Origin: Prevotella sp.
GTDB lineage: Bacteria > Bacteroidota > Bacteroidia > Bacteroidales > Bacteroidaceae
Reading direction: 5' to 3'
Assembly (NCBI GenBank): GCA_045602085.1
Contig: JAZSAV010000039.1
Coordinates: 36,118 to 100,117 of the forward strand
DNA: 64,000 bases
Below, in pieces: positions 9,399 to 18,343 of the stretch. The notes below the pieces were generated by a model. That model did not search any database, had not been told where the DNA came from, and saw nothing but the letters and a program-made list of their open reading frames with translations. The stretch's first letter is position 1. Every line of letters starts with the position of its first letter. The position numbers were made by a program, and so were the translations under genes.

Positions 9399-12300
9399 AT
9401 GTTAAGAGGATATATTTTGTTTGCCATGATGGTGATAGCACTGAAGGCAATGGCTGTCGATGATGCTACAAGCGGGTTGTGGAAGGGCTTTTCTAATCCA
9501 CAAGATTCGGCACGTACCAAAGTGTGGTGGTTTCACGGACAGACGGAAACAACACGCGAGGGAATAACCGCCGACCTTGAGGCGTTCAAGCGTCAGGGTG
9601 TGGGAGGCGTGGTGTTCTATAATCAGGTGCACGGCAAGCAGACGAGTGGGGCATTGAAGGTTTTTTCGCCTGAATGGTGGCAGATGTTCGTGTTTGCCGC
9701 GCAGGAGGCAAAGCGCCTGGGATTGACGTTCGAGACACACGCCTCTGACGGTTATGTGGCTGGCGGTCCTTGGATAACGCCTGATTTAGGCATGCAGAGA
9801 CTCACGAGTGAGGAATTACGAGTTACGAATTATGAATTAAACGGCCTCACCCCCAACCCCTCTTCAAAGGGCGAGGGGAGTGGTAACAATAGTATTTTAA
9901 GGAGTTCTGGAGTGCAGGAATGTAGGAGTGAAGACAATGGTTTGTCACGCAATTCTTCAATCCTTCAATCCTTTAATTCTTCCTCCTTCCTCCTCGCATA
10001 CCCCTTGAAAGGCAAGGAGTGGGAACGGAGCAAGACCATAAGCGAGGGGAAACTGATGACCATCGAGGCAGATGGCAACGAGCATTATCTGGATTTTGAC
10101 ATCAGCGACAGCTTCACCGCCCGACGAATAACATACAGGTGCGGCAAGCGAGGCAAGGCAACCACCAGTGCAACCAACGTGCCGGGACCTCCGGGCGAGA
10201 CATTCGTGGGAACTGGTTATCGTGAGATGCCCGATATAGGCGAGTTGCAGGCATCTGATGACGGAGTGAACTATTTCACCGTGTGCCGACTTAAGAATGT
10301 GTATAACGCACATGGCAGTTGGAATCAGAAAACCATAGCCTTTTCTGCGGTTAGAGCACGCCATTTCCGCTTGCGTCTGCACGACTGGAACCCGGAAGGC
10401 GAGAAGCGCAACCTGCGCATCGGCGACATCTCGCTACATTCGGCTGCCGGAGTAAACGAGTGGGAAGAGAAGGCGGCTCTTTATTCCGAGTATATAGAGC
10501 GACAGGAGATTGTTGACTATCCCGATGAGGAATGCCTACGCTCGGATGAGATGATAGACCTAAAGCAGTTTGTAGATGCCGACGGACATCTGCAATGGAA
10601 AGCACCCGAGGGCGATTTGCTGATAATGCGCTTTGCTCCAGTTCCCACGGGAGCGAAAACCAAGCATGGCACCGAGGGCATGGGCGGATTGGAATGCGAC
10701 AAGCTCTCGGCAAGGGCAGCTGAGGTGCAATGGCGCAACTACTTCAAGGTGATGAGCGACACGCTGGCACGCTACGGTTTGACGATTGACGGCTTGGCGA
10801 TGGACAGTCATGAGGCTGGTTCGCAAAACTGGACAGCAGATTTTGAAAAGCAGTTTGAGCGTCGCCGTGGCTACAGTCTTTTGCCCTATCTGCCAGTGAT
10901 GATGGGCTATGTGGTTGATTCGGCAGAGCGTTCCGAGCAGGTGCTTCAGGATGTACGCCGCACCATTGCCGACCTCATTGCCGATGAATACTATGCCACG
11001 CTCGACAGTCTTTGCCATTCGGTAGGCATCCCCTTTACCGCACAAGCCACGGGCAATGCCCTCTGCATCGTTTCCGACCCCATACAGGCAAAGGGCAGGG
11101 TGGCGAAGCCGCAAGGCGAGTTCTGGGCGATACATCCCGACGGCAATTATGACATTAAGGAATGCTCGTCGGCTGCCCACCTCTACGGCAAACCCATAGC
11201 ATCGGGCGAGGCGTTTACCGATGTGAAGTTCACCCAACCGCTGTCTTACATCAAGAGCTTGGCCGACTATGCCTATTGCTACGGTATCAACGAGTTTGTG
11301 GTGTGTGCCTCTGCCTATCAGGCGCAACAGGATAAAATGCCTTATAACACCGGAGGCGGACGCCACTATTGTCTGAACCGCAACAACACCTATTGGCCTT
11401 TCAGCCAACCCTTCTGGGATTACCAGGCGCGTTGCTCGTGGATGATGCGTCAGGGCAAGCCAGTGGTTGACCTCTGCGTATATCTCGGCGACAACGCCCC
11501 GGTGAAGATTCTCACTTACCGCTTGCCGGTAATCCCCTCAGGCTTCTACTACGATGCCTTTACAGCCGATGCCCTATACAATAGGATGAGGGCAGAAGAC
11601 GGCAGGATAGTGCTGCCCGACGGACTTTCATATAGAGCCATGATTATTCCTCGCCGCACGGTGCTCACGCCACAGGCAGCAGCCCGCATCGACTCGTTTG
11701 AGCGTGCCGGTGTGCCGATTATCAGGGAAACGACGCTGGAGTCGGTGGCTGAGGGGATAAGAAACCACAGACTTCTGCCGTCCATCCGTCTGCAACATGG
11801 CGACATGAATGATCAGCAACTGTGGTTTGCCCATCGTGCAACAGAGAACGCCGAACTGTATTTCATCAACAATCATGGCGAGGAGGTGATTGACGATGCT
11901 CTTGTCATAAGTTCGCCCTATCGGAATGCCGAGTGGTGGAATCCCGTTGACAACAAGCGCACGCGACTCACGCAGACAACCGATGGTGCATGGCGCATAC
12001 ACCTGCAACCAAAGGAGGCGGGTTTCGTTGTGCTCAGTAACCAGTCGGTGGCAGAACTTCCGCCATACGACAGAGGAAAGGAACGCTTGGTGAAGACGCT
12101 TGCAGACGACTGGAACGTCAGCTTCGACAAGAGTATGGGTGGGGTAGGTGATGTGCATTTCTCGCGACTTGCCGACTGGACAAACCATGCCGACACCGCT
12201 ATTAGGTATTATTCTGGCACTGCCATATATGAAAAGGAGTTCAAGATAAAGAAACCGAAGACTCGCACGCTGCTAAGAATACCCCAACTGCACGACATTG

Positions 12301-12572
12301 CCAAGGTTGAGGTTAACGGCATCGATGCCGGCATCATCTGGTGCTCACCGTGGCAACTCGACATCACCCGCTTTTTGCGCCAAGGCAAGAACACCCTGCG
12401 CATATCAGTAGCCAATACGTTGATGAACAGGATGATTTTAGATGCATCGTTGCCACAAGAACAGCGTGTAACCGAGGCAATACCTATGATAGCCACCCCC
12501 GACGACCAACTCACACCTTCTGGGATTGTGGGGAGTGTGGAATTGTTGGAGGTTGATGATGGAGAAAGATAG
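9399..12572 (+). CDS. GH106-family alpha-L-rhamnosidase-like glycoside hydrolase
   Basis: KVWWFHG...GITADLEAFK, AGGPWITP, GLECDKLS, DSHEAG, GEFW, AEAF-like SGEAF and C-terminal YSGTAIY...VANT motifs; contains a repeat-derived insert. Confidence 0.85.
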   Translation: MLRGYILFAMMVIALKAMAVDDATSGLWKGFSNPQDSARTKVWWFHGQTETTREGITADLEAFKRQGVGGVVFYNQVHGKQTSGALKVFSPEWWQMFVFAAQEAKRLGLTFETHASDGYVAGGPWITPDLGMQRLTSEELRVTNYELNGLTPNPSSKGEGSGNNSILRSSGVQECRSEDNGLSRNSSILQSFNSSSFLLAYPLKGKEWERSKTISEGKLMTIEADGNEHYLDFDISDSFTARRITYRCGKRGKATTSATNVPGPPGETFVGTGYREMPDIGELQASDDGVNYFTVCRLKNVYNAHGSWNQKTIAFSAVRARHFRLRLHDWNPEGEKRNLRIGDISLHSAAGVNEWEEKAALYSEYIERQEIVDYPDEECLRSDEMIDLKQFVDADGHLQWKAPEGDLLIMRFAPVPTGAKTKHGTEGMGGLECDKLSARAAEVQWRNYFKVMSDTLARYGLTIDGLAMDSHEAGSQNWTADFEKQFERRRGYSLLPYLPVMMGYVVDSAERSEQVLQDVRRTIADLIADEYYATLDSLCHSVGIPFTAQATGNALCIVSDPIQAKGRVAKPQGEFWAIHPDGNYDIKECSSAAHLYGKPIASGEAFTDVKFTQPLSYIKSLADYAYCYGINEFVVCASAYQAQQDKMPYNTGGGRHYCLNRNNTYWPFSQPFWDYQARCSWMMRQGKPVVDLCVYLGDNAPVKILTYRLPVIPSGFYYDAFTADALYNRMRAEDGRIVLPDGLSYRAMIIPRRTVLTPQAAARIDSFERAGVPIIRETTLESVAEGIRNHRLLPSIRLQHGDMNDQQLWFAHRATENAELYFINNHGEEVIDDALVISSPYRNAEWWNPVDNKRTRLTQTTDGAWRIHLQPKEAGFVVLSNQSVAELPPYDRGKERLVKTLADDWNVSFDKSMGGVGDVHFSRLADWTNHADTAIRYYSGTAIYEKEFKIKKPKTRTLLRIPQLHDIAKVEVNGIDAGIIWCSPWQLDITRFLRQGKNTLRISVANTLMNRMILDASLPQEQRVTEAIPMIATPDDQLTPSGIVGSVELLEVDDGER

Positions 12573-12614
12573 AAGACAATATAGGACAATAGCTTTGATG
12601 TAGATAAACTATTT

Positions 12615-14033
12615 ATGAAGACAAACAAACTAATAACTATATTAGCAGCTTTAGGCATAAGCCTATTTGCGGTAGCTCAAGACGGTGCTATCAAGAAGAG
12701 CGCTCTGCCGCATAATCCCTTCGGCAATCCTCTTATTCCCGATATGATTGGCGACCCGAGCATTGTGGAGATAGACGGTACGTTCTATTGCTATGTGACC
12801 ACTGACGGCTACGGACGAGGACTTGAGACATCGGGACCTCCAGTGGTGTGGAAATCGAAAGACTTTAAGAACTGGAGTTTCAACGGAACATATTTCCCGC
12901 AAGCGGAAAACGAGAAGTACTGGGCACCAAGCAAACCTGTCAGGCGCAACGGCAAGTGGTACATCTATCCAACGGTGAACGGCTATATGTATCCTGCCGT
13001 GGCAGAAAGTCCTGACGGCCCTTTCCGACTGGTAAAGGGCGATACGTTCACGCTTGAGAACCGTCTGCTGGAGAAAGACAGCGTATGCGCCATTGACACC
13101 GAGATATTCATCGACGATGACAACACGCCATACGCCATCTGGGGACTTCGGAACGTGTCGCGGCTGAAGGAAGACATGGCAACCATCGACACGCTTGTTA
13201 CGATAACCACCCGCAAGAAGTCATATACCGAAGGCCCTATATTCTTCAAGCGTAACGGCATATACTATTTTCTCTATACCAACATGGCGCTCGAGAAATA
13301 TGAGTATTTCTATCAGATGAGTCATGTGTCGCCGTTTGGCCCTTACATCACACCAAAGCAAGACCGTGTTTGTGCCACCAATGCCGAGAAGGGTGTTTTC
13401 GGCCCCGGCCACGGTTGTGTGTTCCGCCTCGAAGGTACTGACGATTACTATCTCGCATATCTTGAGTTTAGCAGGAATAGCACTAACCGACAGGTGTATG
13501 TAAACAAACTCGAGTTTAATGCCGACGGCACCATCAAGCAGGTGGATGTCTCGCTCGATGGAGTAGGGGCATTGCGCCCTCAAGCCGATGCTCCTCGCCG
13601 ACTCATGCCTATGGACGTTAAGGCTTCGTCGGTGGCAGAACCACAACGTGTTCCTTACAAACTTGATAAGCGATGCCAGAGAACGGAGTATTTCGTGCCC
13701 GAATTTGCCGCTGACGAGTCGAACGGCTCACGCTGGATGGCTGCTGACAACGACACCGCCGATTGCTGGCTGATGCTCGACCTTGGTAGTGTGCGCAATG
13801 TGGGCACAAGCAAGATAGCCTTTGTCCGACCGACACAAGGTCATGCCTACGAACTTGAGGGTTCTGCCGACGGCAAGCAATGGGCACGAATTGGCGGTCA
13901 TGCCGACATTCGAAAGATGTCGCCGCATACCGATGCCATAGATATCCCTTTGCGCTATCTGCGAGTAAGGATAACAAGTGGCATCAGAGGTGTGTGGGAG
14001 TGGATAGTGGAAGAGCCACAAGAGAAAAGGTAA
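12615..14033 (+). CDS. GH43-family glycoside hydrolase with C-terminal F5/8 type C (CBM32-like) domain
   Basis: GDPSI, WAP, IDTEIFIDDD, YTEGP, GPGHG; RWMA...WLMLDLG module. Confidence 0.85.
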   Translation: MKTNKLITILAALGISLFAVAQDGAIKKSALPHNPFGNPLIPDMIGDPSIVEIDGTFYCYVTTDGYGRGLETSGPPVVWKSKDFKNWSFNGTYFPQAENEKYWAPSKPVRRNGKWYIYPTVNGYMYPAVAESPDGPFRLVKGDTFTLENRLLEKDSVCAIDTEIFIDDDNTPYAIWGLRNVSRLKEDMATIDTLVTITTRKKSYTEGPIFFKRNGIYYFLYTNMALEKYEYFYQMSHVSPFGPYITPKQDRVCATNAEKGVFGPGHGCVFRLEGTDDYYLAYLEFSRNSTNRQVYVNKLEFNADGTIKQVDVSLDGVGALRPQADAPRRLMPMDVKASSVAEPQRVPYKLDKRCQRTEYFVPEFAADESNGSRWMAADNDTADCWLMLDLGSVRNVGTSKIAFVRPTQGHAYELEGSADGKQWARIGGHADIRKMSPHTDAIDIPLRYLRVRITSGIRGVWEWIVEEPQEKR

Positions 14034-14041
14034 TTATAAAT

Positions 14042-14070
14042 AAATGGGATGCAGAGATTGCATCCCATTT
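14042..14070. terminator. Bidirectional terminator between convergent genes
   Basis: Perfect 12-bp inverted repeat AAATGGGATGCA/TGCATCCCATTT. Confidence 0.8.
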
Positions 14071-14075
14071 GTATT

Positions 14076-15674
14076 TTATATCTCTTCAAACAGATTGCCC
14101 CATGGGTAACTACCGGGTTTTAATATGATGCGCATATTGCCATGGGAGAGGCAGACGACGCCGGGCGAGTATTCATATTCTACATCGAAGGAACTGATGC
14201 CAAGGCGCTGAAGAACGGTGTAGGCAGTGGCGCCGCCTTCAATGATTATAAGAGTTGAGTGCTTCGCAAGTTGACAAGTTGACGAGTTGACGAGTTGACA
14301 AGTTGCTTGTTTCAGTTGACGAGTTGACAAGTTGCTTGTACTTGGAGGTAATGTCTGCACTCCTTCACTCCTGCACTCCTTCACTCCTTGTTCAGGTAAT
14401 GTCTGCACTCCTACACTCCTGCACTCCTGAACTCCTTGAACAGGTGATAAGATTTGATATGCCATTTCCCCAAAGAGCTTTCTAAGTCTTACGGCATACT
14501 CCTTGCCGCCAGTGGCTTCGTGACCTATGCGGACAATCATGGCATCGTGGTTTTGCCAATGGTCTTTGAGGGTTGCAATCCATGCGTTTGTTTCTAGAAT
14601 AGAAGCGGTTCCATGGAATACGTCTTCGGGCATGGTCACCTCAATGGCGTTCCTATCGGCAAAGAAGGGTTCGCCGATGAGCGAGCGGCTCTGGGTGCTG
14701 CCGCAGAGGATGAGTTTTTTTTCAGTTGACGAGTTGCTTGTATCAGTTGACAAGTTGACGAGTTGACGAGTTGACGAGTTGCTTGCATCAGTTGACAAGT
14801 TAACAAGTTGACGAGTTGACGAGTTGCTTGTACTTGAAGGTAATGTCTGCACTCCTAATAAATAATCCACCACCGCCTCAAACATATCGGCACCGCCGGC
14901 AAACAGGGTGTCGTTGTCGGACTTTGCGACATGCTCTCTGATTTCTTCGAGGGTGGTGGCGTCGGGGAGGAGAATCCCCCTCCCGTCCTCCCCCTTGGGG
15001 GAGGAAATAGATAAGAGATGAGAGCTTGGAGATGAGGGATTGCTTGTCCAGCTATTGTCTGAACTCCTACACTCCTGCACTCCTGCACTCCTTTTTAAAA
15101 GTTTCTTCGCCTCCGCCGTCCTTGCCGGAAACTCGGGGTCGTAGGCGAAAGATGTCTGGTCGAGTGGGGTGCCGTTTATATAATAGATGCCGTCTTTCAC
15201 TATTCTTCCCTTAGATGGGTTCTGCGGTATCAGCAATGCCTTCTGCTTGCCTGTTACCCTCATGAGTGCCTGTAACTCCGCCGCTACGTGACCTCGGAGG
15301 ACGGAGTCGGTTTTTTTGAAGATGATATCAGTTGACGAGTTGACGAGTTGACAAGTTGACAAGTTAACAAGTTGACGAGTTGACGAGTTGCTTGTACTTG
15401 AAGGTAATGTCTGCACTCCTACACTCCTGCACTCCTGCACTCCTGAATATAAACAAGTTGCCAGTTCTTCAATCGTTTTCACCGCCTCTTCCTCCGTGCC
15501 TGAGCGGGTGTCGGTGGCGAGAATAAGAGCCTCACCCCCTGCCCCTCTCCATGATGAGAGGGGAGTTGTTGGCACATTAGGTTGGTAAACCATCAACCAA
15601 ACCTTCATTCCCTTGCGCCATGCAATGCCCGCTATCTCGGCAGCTCCGGTTATGTCGTCGGCAATTATTAGCAT
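14076..15674 (-). CDS. DUF1537-family four-carbon acid sugar kinase (DtnK/DenK-like) with five repeat-derived in-frame inserts
   Basis: ADDITGA, FKKTDSVLRG, PQNPSKGR, EGGATA and KPGS motifs in order. Likely start ATG 15674. Confidence 0.85.
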   Translation of the reverse strand: MLIIADDITGAAEIAGIAWRKGMKVWLMVYQPNVPTTPLSSWRGAGGEALILATDTRSGTEEEAVKTIEELATCLYSGVQECRSVGVQTLPSSTSNSSTRQLVNLSTCQLVNSSTDIIFKKTDSVLRGHVAAELQALMRVTGKQKALLIPQNPSKGRIVKDGIYYINGTPLDQTSFAYDPEFPARTAEAKKLLKRSAGVQECRSSDNSWTSNPSSPSSHLLSISSPKGEDGRGILLPDATTLEEIREHVAKSDNDTLFAGGADMFEAVVDYLLGVQTLPSSTSNSSTRQLVNLSTDASNSSTRQLVNLSTDTSNSSTEKKLILCGSTQSRSLIGEPFFADRNAIEVTMPEDVFHGTASILETNAWIATLKDHWQNHDAMIVRIGHEATGGKEYAVRLRKLFGEMAYQILSPVQGVQECRSVGVQTLPEQGVKECRSEGVQTLPPSTSNLSTRQLKQATCQLVNSSTCQLAKHSTLIIIEGGATAYTVLQRLGISSFDVEYEYSPGVVCLSHGNMRIILKPGSYPWGNLFEEI

Positions 15675-15870
15675 ATTAATTTTTAGTTGACAAGTTGACG
15701 AGTTGACAAGTTGACGAGTTGACAAGTTGTTTGTATTAGTTGCCCCCAACCCCCCTTTTCAAGAGGGAGCACAGTTTGCTTTTGTTACAAAATCCCACCC
15801 AAAAATGGGAGGTTAGGATAAGGTTTCTCATCCCTAATCTCCTCCCCAAGGGGAGGATGGGAGGGGCTTT

Positions 15871-16893
15871 CTATTTATTCTTCGCCATCCGCGTAGCATA
15901 ATCAATGGAGAGGAGCATGGCAGAAGGGCTGGCGATGCCTTTGCCAGCCACGTCGAAGGCGGTGCCGTGGTCAACGGATACGCGGATGATAGGTAAGCCG
16001 AGGGTGATGTTCACGCCCTGTGCACTGTCCATCTTTCCCGTTTCCTTGTTCCAGTTGAACCCCACCACCTTAAACGGTATGTGCCCCTGGTCGTGATACA
16101 TGGCCACGCAACCGTCGTACTTGCCGCAACGTGCCTTGGCGAAGAGGGTGTCGGGCGGTACAGGACCGTCAACGTTGAAGCCTCTGCCTCTCAGTTCCTC
16201 GACGGCAGGCAGAATCTCCTTTTCCTCCTCCCAACCGAACAACCCGCCGTCGCTGGCGTGAGGGTTAAGTCCGGCGATACCAATGCGAGGATTGTCAATG
16301 CCAAACTGCTTGCAGGCATCGCTAATCAGTTCGGTAACCTCGATGATGCGTGGCTTCTTCACTCTGTCGCAAGCCTCGCGCAGAGAGACGTGTGTAGAGA
16401 CGTGGATTACGCGCAGAAACTCATCTGCCAGCAGCATGGCATATTTCTTTGTGCCTGTGAAGTGGGCATATATCTCGGTATGTCCGTCGAAGTGATGACC
16501 GGCAAGGTTCAGCGCCTCCTTGTTTAGGGGAGCCGTCACGGTGCCGTCCACCTCGCCCGCCATAGCCAGTTCGATGGCTTTTATTATCGAAACGAAAGCA
16601 GCGTTTCCGCATTGCGGAGCCACCTTGCCCGGCTCGAACTGCTCCATGTCGATGCAGTTGAGGTCATATACATCGATGGTTCCATATTCAAACTTTGCCT
16701 CGCTGACGTTGGCAATGGCGTTTATCTTCACGTCGGCACCCAGTTGCTTGGCTGCCCATTCCATTACTTTAGCGTCGCCCGTAACTATTGGGCGGCACTT
16801 CTCATAAGTCTCTTTTATTGTTAGGGCCTTAACCACTATCTCAGGTCCGATGCCTGCTGGGTCGCCCATGGTGATTGCTAGTATTGGTTGCAT
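15871..16893 (-). CDS. pdxA: PdxA-family dehydrogenase, PdxA2-like by context (4-phospho-tetronate dehydrogenase)
   Basis: MGDPAGIGPE, GLNPHA, MYHDQG, NITLGLPIIRVSVDHGTAFD. Likely start 16893. Confidence 0.9.
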   Translation of the reverse strand: MQPILAITMGDPAGIGPEIVVKALTIKETYEKCRPIVTGDAKVMEWAAKQLGADVKINAIANVSEAKFEYGTIDVYDLNCIDMEQFEPGKVAPQCGNAAFVSIIKAIELAMAGEVDGTVTAPLNKEALNLAGHHFDGHTEIYAHFTGTKKYAMLLADEFLRVIHVSTHVSLREACDRVKKPRIIEVTELISDACKQFGIDNPRIGIAGLNPHASDGGLFGWEEEKEILPAVEELRGRGFNVDGPVPPDTLFAKARCGKYDGCVAMYHDQGHIPFKVVGFNWNKETGKMDSAQGVNITLGLPIIRVSVDHGTAFDVAGKGIASPSAMLLSIDYATRMAKNK

Positions 16894-17042
16894 GTTATTT
16901 TTTAGTTGACAAGTTAACGAGTTAACGAGTTGACGAGTTGACAAGTTGTTTGATTGAGTTGACAAGTTAACGAGTTGACAAGTTGTTTGATTATACATGA
17001 ATATTTTTCAGTTGCACATAACTCGTCAACTCGTCTACTTGT

Positions 17043-18194
17043 TTACTCGTTTACTAGTGAAAAATAAATCCCCCTCGCATCCTCCTCCGTCACCTCGCGC
17101 GGATTATTCTTGAGGAGGCGTTGAACGCCCATGGCTGCCTTTGCCATGCCGTCAACGGCCGAGGCAGGGATGCCCAGTTCGGTGATGGTGGTAGGAATGC
17201 CGCAATCCTTAGAAAGTTGGGTGATGAACTCCACACCCTTGAGAGCCGTTTCCTCGTCTGATGCTCCAGGAGCAACGCCGCAAGCCAATGCCACCTCGGC
17301 ATATTTCTTTGGATTAGCGCAGATGTTGAAGCGCATCACCGCTGGCAGAAGAATGGCATTTGAAAGACCGTGAGAGAGGTGGAACTCGCTTCCAAGAGGG
17401 TAGGAGAGAGCGTGGACAGCCGCCGTGTTCACAGGTCCGAGGCATAATCCGCCATACATGCTACCTAAAGCCAATGCCTCGCGTGCCTCCACGTCGTTGC
17501 CGTTTTTCACCGCACGGAGCAGGTTGGCGGCTATAAGACGAATACCCTGCAAGGCATATACATCTACTACGGGATGAGCAAACTTGTTGGTGTAAGCCTC
17601 AAGACAATGCGTCAGAGCGTCCATGCCCGTCTCGGCGGTTACCTTTGCCGGCACGCTCCATGTCAGTTGCGGGTCGATATAAGCAGCATCAGCCATAAGG
17701 TGAGGACTCACGATGCCCTTCTTCATGTTGTCGCGCTCGTCGAGCAGGATGGCGTTTGGCGACACTTCGCTACCCGTTCCTGCCGTTGTAGGCAGACAGG
17801 CGAACCATTTGCCGCGCTGCTTCACGAAACCGATGCCAAACAAGTCTTCCACCTGTTGCTCGCTATCCACGAGAGCAGCCACGAGCTTTGCCACGTCGAG
17901 CACGCTTCCGCCGCCCACGCCCACTACGCTATCTGCCTGGAACAGGCGTGCTGCTTCAAGCGTCTGTTTAAAGTCGTTGACACTTGGTTCTTGCATAATG
18001 TTTTCATACACCTCGATGCTGATGCCTTTGCTCTCGAGCGTTTCGATCATCTCTGCAATCATCGGTCGTATGACGGGCACGGTGAGCACGAAAAGTCTCT
18101 TGTGCCCCAATGCGATATAGTCGTCGCAGAACTGCTTCAGGCATCCTGTGCCGAATACTATCTTGCCGGGTTGTAATAGGGTTATGTTGTTCAT
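17043..18194 (-). CDS. Iron-containing alcohol dehydrogenase family protein
   Basis: GGGSVLD, PTTAGTGSE, DALTH, HALSY..HLSHG. Confidence 0.92.
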   Translation of the reverse strand: MNNITLLQPGKIVFGTGCLKQFCDDYIALGHKRLFVLTVPVIRPMIAEMIETLESKGISIEVYENIMQEPSVNDFKQTLEAARLFQADSVVGVGGGSVLDVAKLVAALVDSEQQVEDLFGIGFVKQRGKWFACLPTTAGTGSEVSPNAILLDERDNMKKGIVSPHLMADAAYIDPQLTWSVPAKVTAETGMDALTHCLEAYTNKFAHPVVDVYALQGIRLIAANLLRAVKNGNDVEAREALALGSMYGGLCLGPVNTAAVHALSYPLGSEFHLSHGLSNAILLPAVMRFNICANPKKYAEVALACGVAPGASDEETALKGVEFITQLSKDCGIPTTITELGIPASAVDGMAKAAMGVQRLLKNNPREVTEEDARGIYFSLVNE

Positions 18195-18343
18195 GTTTGT
18201 TTGTGTTGTTGTGTTGAGATGTTGTTGTGATGAATAGTTTGATGTGTTGTTGAGATGTTTAGATGCTGTTTTGATGAACAGTTTGTTGCAACTGTTTGAT
18301 GAAATAAGAAATCATTCATCATCACAACACCTCAACAGGTTAA

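Noticed and set aside
15675-15749. ORF-track N-terminal extensions of the kinase (also pdxA 16894-16998 and adaptor 43954-44046)
   Set aside because: They are translations of upstream repeat arrays; family-typical starts lie at 15674, 16893 and 43953
15871-16893. pdxA as a vitamin B6 biosynthesis gene
   Set aside because: No other pdx genes nearby; adjacency to a DUF1537 kinase fits catabolic PdxA2, although motifs alone cannot exclude it
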